From positions 1,820,066 through 1,884,065 of the forward strand of contig CAWCVK010000001.1 of NCBI GenBank assembly GCA_963799005.1: a DNA stretch of 64,000 bases, given 5' to 3'. The notes below the pieces were generated by a model. That model had not been told where the DNA came from. It made no database searches and worked only from the letters and a program-made list of their open reading frames with translations. Numbering within the stretch: the stretch's first letter is position 1; each line of letters begins with the position of its first letter. This DNA comes from Candidatus Dormiibacterota bacterium (GTDB lineage Bacteria > Chloroflexota > Dormibacteria > Aeolococcales > Aeolococcaceae). Shown one piece after another: positions 58,359 through 64,000 of the stretch. The position numbers were made by a program, and so were the translations under genes.

Positions 58359-59111
58359 ATGATGGATCCGGAAAAGTACGCCGCCGCGACCGTGGTGTTA
58401 CGTCGCGACCCGGCGCCGGACCTCTGGATCATCCGGATCCACACCGACATCGAGCTTCCGTACCGGCCTGGCCAGTACGTGACTCTGGGACTCCAGTCGA
58501 ATGGCAGGGTGATCGAGCGGCCGTACTCGATCTGCTCATCGCCGCTCGAGGACGAGATCGAGCTGTTCATCGAGCGCGTGCCGGACGGCGAGCTCTCCGA
58601 CCCGCTGTTCGCCCTCGGCGTCGGCGGCGAGCTGATTGTCCGCAAGCGAACCAAAGGGCTGTTTCTCCGCGACGCGCCGCTCGTGGATCAGCCGCACCTG
58701 TTTGTCGCCACCGTCACCGGGATCGCGCCGTTTGTCAGCCTGCTGCGCACCCTCGCCACGCGGGCGAGAACCGGCGACTGGACCCCGGTGCCGGTGGTCA
58801 CCATCCAGGGCGCCGCGCGCTCCGTCGAGCTCGGCTATGCCGACGAGCTTGTGGCCCTGGAGCGAGAGTTCGACTGGTTCACGTACGTCCCGACGGTGAG
58901 CCGGCCGTGGGAGGACCCCGATTGGCACGGCGAATGGGGGAGGGTCGAAGACGTCATGCGCAAGCACGCTGACGCCGCGGGGATGCGCCCCGGCAATGGC
59001 GGGATCTTCCTCTGCGGCCACCCCGGGATGATCAGCGGGGCTCGGGCGATCATGCGCCGCGCGGGTTTCGACAACAAGGCGATCCGCGAAGAGCAGTACT
59101 GGCCGGATTGA
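58359..59111 (+). CDS. ferredoxin--NADP(+) reductase (plant/Fpr type)
   Basis: 'RPYSICSS' (RxYS), 'ATVTGIAPFVSLL', 'FLCGHPGMI', C-terminal 'EQYWPD'. Confidence 0.85.
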   Translation: MMDPEKYAAATVVLRRDPAPDLWIIRIHTDIELPYRPGQYVTLGLQSNGRVIERPYSICSSPLEDEIELFIERVPDGELSDPLFALGVGGELIVRKRTKGLFLRDAPLVDQPHLFVATVTGIAPFVSLLRTLATRARTGDWTPVPVVTIQGAARSVELGYADELVALEREFDWFTYVPTVSRPWEDPDWHGEWGRVEDVMRKHADAAGMRPGNGGIFLCGHPGMISGARAIMRRAGFDNKAIREEQYWPD

Positions 59112-59485
59112 TGGTCGCCTCGATCGACTTGGTGACCCTGCATCAAAAGCTCGGCTTCGTCGTGGTGGTGGCCGCGGTGGTCGGCGCGCTGGTGGCGCTG
59201 ACCTCGCTGCTGACCCCGCTCGTCGGGTTGGCGCTCAAGATCTATCTGCGCCTGCTCTTGTTGGCGGTCGCGGTTCAGGTGATCCTCGGCGGTGTGGTGT
59301 ATCTCATGGGTAGCCGCCCCACGCATTCACCCGAGCACTATCTGTACGGAGCCGGCCTGGCGATCACGCTCGGCGTCACGTTCGCGGTCGGCCGCCGAAC
59401 CCCATGGCCGCTGTCGAAGGTTCCGCTGGTCGTCGGCGCCGTCATCGCGGTCGTGTTCGCTGTGCTCGCGCTCACCTCGGGCTGA
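59108..59485 (+). CDS. small integral membrane protein (4 TM)
   Basis: 125 aa; overlaps the FNR stop by 4 nt. Confidence 0.5.
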   Translation: MMVASIDLVTLHQKLGFVVVVAAVVGALVALTSLLTPLVGLALKIYLRLLLLAVAVQVILGGVVYLMGSRPTHSPEHYLYGAGLAITLGVTFAVGRRTPWPLSKVPLVVGAVIAVVFAVLALTSG

Positions 59486-59538
59486 CAGCGAATCGAAGTT
59501 CAAGAAGGAACTCATTACCCGTGACGCAAAACGACGTG

Positions 59539-59922
59539 ATGACCATCCCGCCACTCGCCGACCGCGCCGGTGAGGCTGTCGCGAAGGGCGCGAACCTCGT
59601 GATCAGGGAGTGGCAGGCGAGTGGGAGCGGCGAGGACGTCGCGCCGCTGCACGTGCACATCGCGGATGACGAGGCGTGGTACGTGATCTCCGGCGCATTG
59701 CGATTTCGCCTTCACGACCGGGTACTCGTCGCCGCCGCGGGTTCAACGGTCCTGGTTCCCGCCGGGATTGCGCACACCTTCGGCAATGCCGGACCCGAGC
59801 CGTCGCGCTACGTGATCATCCTTCCGTCCAGGCTCGATGCGCTGATCGCGCGTCTGCACGAAGTCGACCGCGCAGATCACCCCGCCGTGTACGCCGAATA
59901 CGAATCTCAGCTCCTGGAGTAG
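59539..59922 (+). CDS. cupin-domain protein
   Basis: 'PLHVHIADDEAWYVISG' and 'VPAGIAHTFGN'. Confidence 0.75.
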   Translation: MTIPPLADRAGEAVAKGANLVIREWQASGSGEDVAPLHVHIADDEAWYVISGALRFRLHDRVLVAAAGSTVLVPAGIAHTFGNAGPEPSRYVIILPSRLDALIARLHEVDRADHPAVYAEYESQLLE

Positions 59923-59942
59923 CGGGGCGAGCGCGGCGTCGG

Positions 59943-60722
59943 CTATGGCGTCGCTGCCGGCAGCCCCGCCGAGGGCTGCGCCTCGGCGTCCCTCACGATC
60001 TCGGTGAAACGCGATCGCATCCGCACCAGCCCGGCGAGCACCGGCGCGCCCAGGAAGATCACCGCGAGCGCATTGCCCGCAGCGCGGAAGCCGTCGTACA
60101 CCAGAGACGTCGCCACGTAGAAGCGACCGAACCGAGCGAGAGCTGCGGTCAGCGACAGCCCCGGCTGCCATCCGAAGCCCGGCGCTCCTCGGTAGAAGGT
60201 GGTCCAGTCCCACACGTCGAGGAGGGCGCCGTAGGCAAAGCCGGTGACCGCTCCGACCATTGCCAGGATCACGACGTCCCGCCAGGTCACGCGCCCGGAG
60301 CGGCAAAGGCCTGCCAGGCCTGCAAGCAGGCCCACGAAACCGCACCCGACCATCTCGTAGGGAAGCCACGACCCGATCCCGCCGGTCGCAACCGCCGACG
60401 CCAGCAGCGCAACCGACCCGGCGAGGAATCCATAGGACGGTCCATACACGTAGCCCGCGGCGAGAATCAGGAAGAAGATCGGGCTGAATCCGCCCAGTCC
60501 GGTGACCAGCACAAGTCGCAGCCCGGCGTCGATGGCGGCGATCGCCGCCAGCAGCGCAAACCGGCGCGAATCCAGCCGTCGCGTCGATGCCTCGACGAAG
60601 ATCAGCACGGCGACGACGCCGAGGCTGAGGATCAGAGATGTGGCCGCGGGCGGTGTGCCAGCGGCCACGAACGGCCACAAGAACAGCGCCAGCCCCGCGA
60701 TCGAGATTGCGCCAACTCTCAT
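59943..60722 (-). CDS. putative substrate-capture (S) component of the ECF transporter
   Basis: 259 aa polytopic protein. Its ATG overlaps the stop of the fused EcfA gene (ATGA). Assigned by position and topology only. Confidence 0.5.
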   Translation of the reverse strand: MRVGAISIAGLALFLWPFVAAGTPPAATSLILSLGVVAVLIFVEASTRRLDSRRFALLAAIAAIDAGLRLVLVTGLGGFSPIFFLILAAGYVYGPSYGFLAGSVALLASAVATGGIGSWLPYEMVGCGFVGLLAGLAGLCRSGRVTWRDVVILAMVGAVTGFAYGALLDVWDWTTFYRGAPGFGWQPGLSLTAALARFGRFYVATSLVYDGFRAAGNALAVIFLGAPVLAGLVRMRSRFTEIVRDAEAQPSAGLPAATP

Positions 60723-62086
60723 GCCACCGCCACCGGAGCGAGCTCCCGCACCAGCCCGGCATCCACCGCAAGGGTGCGATCCGCCAGCGCGGCTACCAGG
60801 TTCTTGTCGTGTGTGGCAATAACGATGGCGCTCCCGGCCCCGCGCAGCCGGCGGATGGCGCGGCAGAGCGCATCGCGTGCCGCGTCGTCCATGCCCCGGG
60901 TGGGCTCATCGAGGAGCGCGATGTGCGGCTTGCCGGCGAGGACCGCGGCGATGGCCGCTCGCTGACGCTCTCCCGTACTCAAATCGCGTGGATCTCGCTC
61001 GGTCAGGCCGGCGAGACCGAGGTCGGCAATGATCGTCTGGGCGTCATCGCTCGGTGGATCGCCGCGCACCGTCCAGGCGACCTCGGCAGCGACGGTCGCG
61101 CGGTGGAGGAGCGCCATCGGATTCTGCGGCAGGAACGCGACCCCCCCGGGCTCCCGATGCACCCGTCCCGAGAGGGGCGCGAGCAGCCCGGCGACGGTGC
61201 GCAGCAGCGTCGTCTTCCCGCCACCGTTGGGGCCGACAAGTGCGACGACCTCGCCCGCTCGACCTTCCAGGCAGACACCCTCGAGAATGGGGGTGCGCGC
61301 CGGACCGGTCGCGACGTCGCTCAGCTCCCAGGCGATCCGGGAAGGTGCCGGCCGCGCAGCCGCGGGGAATGTGGGCATCTCGGCGATCCGGCCCCGTTCT
61401 CCTGTCGCCGCGTCGGCGACGCGCCCGCCTTGCACGGCGAGCCGGCGTCCATCGAGCAGGCCGAGGTGGTCGAGGCGGTGTTCGGCGACGACCACTGCGG
61501 TGCCCGATCGGGTGAGCGTCGCGAGGCTGGCCACCAGCGATCGCGCGCCATCCTCGTCGAGCTGTGAGAGCGGCTCGTCGAGCACGAGCACCCGAGGACG
61601 CATGGCGAGGACGCACGCAAGGGCGAGGCGCTGACGCTCGCCGCCGGAGAGCGAGGCGACCGCACGCCCCCGCAGGTGCGCGATGCCCGTCCGGTCCAGC
61701 GCCTCGGCGACTCGTGACGGCATCGCCGCCCGCGGCGTGGCGATATTCTCGAGCCCGAACGCGACGTCGCGCTCAACGGTCGGGTACACCGACTGCAGCT
61801 CGGGATCCTGGAACACGAAGCCGACCTCGGTCGCGAGCACGCGGGTCGGGGTGGTGATGACATCGTGTCCGCGCACCACGGCGCTACCACCGACGGTCCC
61901 GCCGTGGAAATGCGGCACGAGACCGTTGAACACCCGAAGCAGCGACGACTTCCCGGAGCCGGACGCACCGGTGACCACGGTCAGGCCTTCGTTGAGGCGC
62001 AGCTCGGCGATGTCGAGCGCGTTCGTTTGGCCGCCGGGATACCGGTACGTGAAGCGCGACAGCGCTGCAACGGCCGGCCTGGTCAT
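60719..62086 (-). CDS. fused double ATPase of an ECF transporter (EcfA1-EcfA2, YkoD-like)
   Basis: Two Walker A motifs 'GASGSGKSSLL' and 'GPNGGGKTTLL'; two signatures 'LSGGERQRLALA' and 'LSTGERQRAAIA'; ATGA overlap with EcfT. Confidence 0.9.
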   Translation of the reverse strand: MTRPAVAALSRFTYRYPGGQTNALDIAELRLNEGLTVVTGASGSGKSSLLRVFNGLVPHFHGGTVGGSAVVRGHDVITTPTRVLATEVGFVFQDPELQSVYPTVERDVAFGLENIATPRAAMPSRVAEALDRTGIAHLRGRAVASLSGGERQRLALACVLAMRPRVLVLDEPLSQLDEDGARSLVASLATLTRSGTAVVVAEHRLDHLGLLDGRRLAVQGGRVADAATGERGRIAEMPTFPAAARPAPSRIAWELSDVATGPARTPILEGVCLEGRAGEVVALVGPNGGGKTTLLRTVAGLLAPLSGRVHREPGGVAFLPQNPMALLHRATVAAEVAWTVRGDPPSDDAQTIIADLGLAGLTERDPRDLSTGERQRAAIAAVLAGKPHIALLDEPTRGMDDAARDALCRAIRRLRGAGSAIVIATHDKNLVAALADRTLAVDAGLVRELAPVAVA

Positions 62087-62907
62087 CGCCGCCACACCAG
62101 TGCCGGCATCGCGAGGGCAAGGCAGCACGCCACGCCGATGACATTGATGGGCGGCACCGACAGCGCGGGAAACGGGTACCAGTCGCCGACGACACCGGCG
62201 ACGCGGAGCAGCACAAAGGCGATCGCGGCCACCGCGGCGACCACGCCCACCGCAACATCGGATCTCCGCCACACGACGTCGGTGTAGTGCGTTCGCGCCC
62301 CCGACCCGTAGCCACGCGCCTCCATCGCCTCGGCGAGCGTGATCGAGCTCTCGAGCGCGGTGAGCACGACCGGCACCGCCAGGTCGGGCCACTCACGAAC
62401 GCGGCGGGGACGCCACCCACGCATTCGCTGCGCGTCCCGAATCTCGGTTGCGCTGCGTGCGATTCCGGGGATCAGGTTGAGCGCCGTCCCGATCGCGGCG
62501 CCGGTGCGCGCGAGCGCGCTCGGGAGCGCGTCGACCAGCGAATTCGGCATCAACACGAGCGAGAGCGGCGCCGCCGCGACGATGGCCGCCGCGATTCCCA
62601 GGCCGATCGACGCGCCGAAGAGCACTGCCTCGATCGTCAAGGGGCCGCCGATCACGGGGATTCCGGACGGCAGTACCAGGAACGCGTGATCACCGGTGTG
62701 GCTCGCGAGCGTGGTGATGACGATGGCGATGAGCGCCGCGACAGAAAGCGCGATCGCCATGCCGCGGAGTGAGACGCCTGGCCGGCGCAGGGCGACCAGG
62801 ACGTTGAGCGCGCAGAGCAGCACCAGCACCCGGTACACCGGGTTGCCCGAGGCGAGCGCGACGGTGATGCCCGCGACCGACCAGGCGGCGAGCGCGCGAG
62901 GGTTCAC
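62083..62907 (-). CDS. ECF transporter transmembrane (T) component (EcfT/CbiQ family)
   Basis: 274 aa from GTG 62907; 'IRDAQRMRG' and 'EAMEARGYG' coupling-helix motifs; GTGA overlap with the upstream gene. Confidence 0.85.
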   Translation of the reverse strand: MNPRALAAWSVAGITVALASGNPVYRVLVLLCALNVLVALRRPGVSLRGMAIALSVAALIAIVITTLASHTGDHAFLVLPSGIPVIGGPLTIEAVLFGASIGLGIAAAIVAAAPLSLVLMPNSLVDALPSALARTGAAIGTALNLIPGIARSATEIRDAQRMRGWRPRRVREWPDLAVPVVLTALESSITLAEAMEARGYGSGARTHYTDVVWRRSDVAVGVVAAVAAIAFVLLRVAGVVGDWYPFPALSVPPINVIGVACCLALAMPALVWRR

Positions 62908-63702
62908 TCGCGGCGCCGGCGCAGGGCTCGGGCGAAGAGCAGCCCGACCAGCCCTCCTGCTCCGACCACGGCTAGCAGCACCCCCACGTTGACACCAGGC
63001 GGAGGACCCGCCGATCTGAGCGATCCCACCGATATCGGCGTCGCGTCCGGAGTCGCGACCCCGAGCACCCCGGCCGTCGGTGTCGCGGCTGGCGGTGCCG
63101 TTGCCGGATGCGTTGTCGGGCTGGCCGGCGCGGAGGTCGTCGCTGGTGGTCGGGCGGTTGCCCGGGCCGTGGGTGCCGGTGTTCGCGCCGGTGGGGGCGT
63201 GACCACGGGGCAGGTCCCGGCCGGCGATGGCGGCGGATCGGCACCGTTTTGCGAAGTCGAAGCGGAAGCCGATGTCGTCGCCATTGGCGACGGAGACGTT
63301 CGAAGCTCCGAGATCGGAGACGCTCCATGCCCCCCCGCCGCGGGACACGAAGAGCACCCAGTAGGAGCCGGTGGCCGTGAAGCAGCCGGGCGGGTAGGTT
63401 GCGGGCTCGTAGTCGATCTGGCAGATGGCCGTACCGAGGCCTCCGCCGTACGACGAGGTCCCCACCTCGAGCCCGCTTCCCTGCAGCACGGCCAGCGCCG
63501 TGGCCGTGGCGGTGCTGAAGCCGACGCAGCGCCGGAGCACGCGCCCGTCTCCGTGCTCGACGACCACACCGGCACGGTGCGCGGCCGCCGCCTGGGCGCA
63601 CAGCGGTGCCGCCGGCCCCACGCCGGCGGCGCCCGACGCGGCACCGAGACCGACCGCCACCAGGGGCAGGGCAACGATGCAGCGAAGCAGGCGACTGATC
63701 AC
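62904..63702 (-). pseudogene. secreted DUF4430 (transcobalamin-like) protein with Pro/Thr-rich linker and C-terminal TM anchor; frame switch somewhere in 63080-63255
   Basis: Signal peptide plus DUF4430-like 'SYWVLFVS...GASNVSVANGDDIGFRF' lie in the frame of track ORF 62083..63747. The linker and 'GVNVGVLLAVVGAGGLVGLLFARALRRRRE*' lie in the frame of ORF 62904..63674, whose TGA overlaps the EcfT GTG. Confidence 0.6.
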
Positions 63703-63709
63703 TCGAGGC

Positions 63710-64000
63710 TCATGCTCCCCGCCGGCGCCGCGCGCCGAGCACGACACCGGCCGTCAGAAGGGCTGCCGCAAGAGCTGCGATCAGGTAGATGGCGGCCGTC
63801 GGAAAACCACCCGCTGTTGTGGGAGCGGTCGCCAGAGGCGGTGCGGTCGCGCTTGGGCTCGGCGCCGTGGGCGCGGCAGTCGTGGTCGAGGGGGGCCCGG
63901 GTGTCGGCGTCGCGGCGGCTCCCAACACGGATCCGGTCGGCGCCGGAGACGGTGCGCCGCCGACGTGGGAGACCGGCCTTGGGGTCGCCGCCGGATGGGG
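63710..64000 (-). CDS. C-terminal end of a surface protein (partial; continues beyond the window)
   Basis: Pro/Thr/Ala-rich linker, then 'GGFPTAAIYLIAALAAALLTAGVVLGARRRRGA*'. This is the same tail architecture as the next gene. Confidence 0.5.
   Translation of the reverse strand, partial: PHPAATPRPVSHVGGAPSPAPTGSVLGAAATPTPGPPSTTTAAPTAPSPSATAPPLATAPTTAGGFPTAAIYLIAALAAALLTAGVVLGARRRRGA

Noticed and set aside
62083-63747. 554-aa ORF that could be read as a DUF4430-EcfT fusion protein
   Set aside because: The stretch joining the two parts ('...SSAWCQRGGAASRGRSRRAGRAALRPSPAPAPR') looks non-coding. An alternative frame gives a perfect linker, TM helix and RRRRE tail, and its TGA overlaps a GTG that starts a normal-length EcfT. 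Two genes plus a frame break explain the data better than a fusion.

Overview
This is a very GC-rich chromosomal window with strong GC3 bias, from a high-GC, probably monoderm bacterium. F420-type enzymes, HemQ/ChdC, DinB, a PcsB-like CHAP hydrolase and Pro/Thr/Ala-rich linkers fit an Actinomycetota- or Chloroflexota-like lineage, but the window alone cannot prove this.

I call about 74 protein-coding genes and one tRNA (Gly-UCC). I saw no rRNA, CRISPR array, transposase or integrase.

Housekeeping content: pgk-tpiA-gpmI, metG, trpS, an archaeal-type tyrS, rsgA, tatA, an ErpA/IscA-like protein, hemQ, and rmlA/rmlD-like genes.

Accessory content: redox and detoxification genes under MarR and TetR regulators, two DoxX paralogues, two DUF1905/YdeI paralogues, and an HNH/HTH gene next to the tRNA.

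Most notable observations:
1. An SQD1/SqdB/Agl3-type UDP-sulfoquinovose synthase is translationally coupled to a polyprenyl-phosphate-type GT2 and two GT-C transferases, next to a flippase-like protein (23.5-30.5 kb). I read this as a candidate extracytoplasmic sulfoquinovosylation system.
2. A dedicated ECF transporter module is preceded by a DUF4430 (transcobalamin-like) protein and another surface protein. Both end in a Pro/Thr-rich linker plus a C-terminal membrane anchor.
3. At least five otherwise intact genes have a single-base reading-frame break: ThyX-like, the second GT-C, proline dehydrogenase, dodecin and DUF4430. In two more genes (rarD, rmlD) the conserved N-terminus lies upstream of any canonical start. 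This points to assembly indels or ongoing gene decay. The dodecin gene is not visible in the supplied ORF track.

Most long ORFs in the six-frame track are antisense or out-of-frame shadows typical of high-GC DNA. All family calls come from motif recognition by eye, with no database search. Start codons are best guesses.
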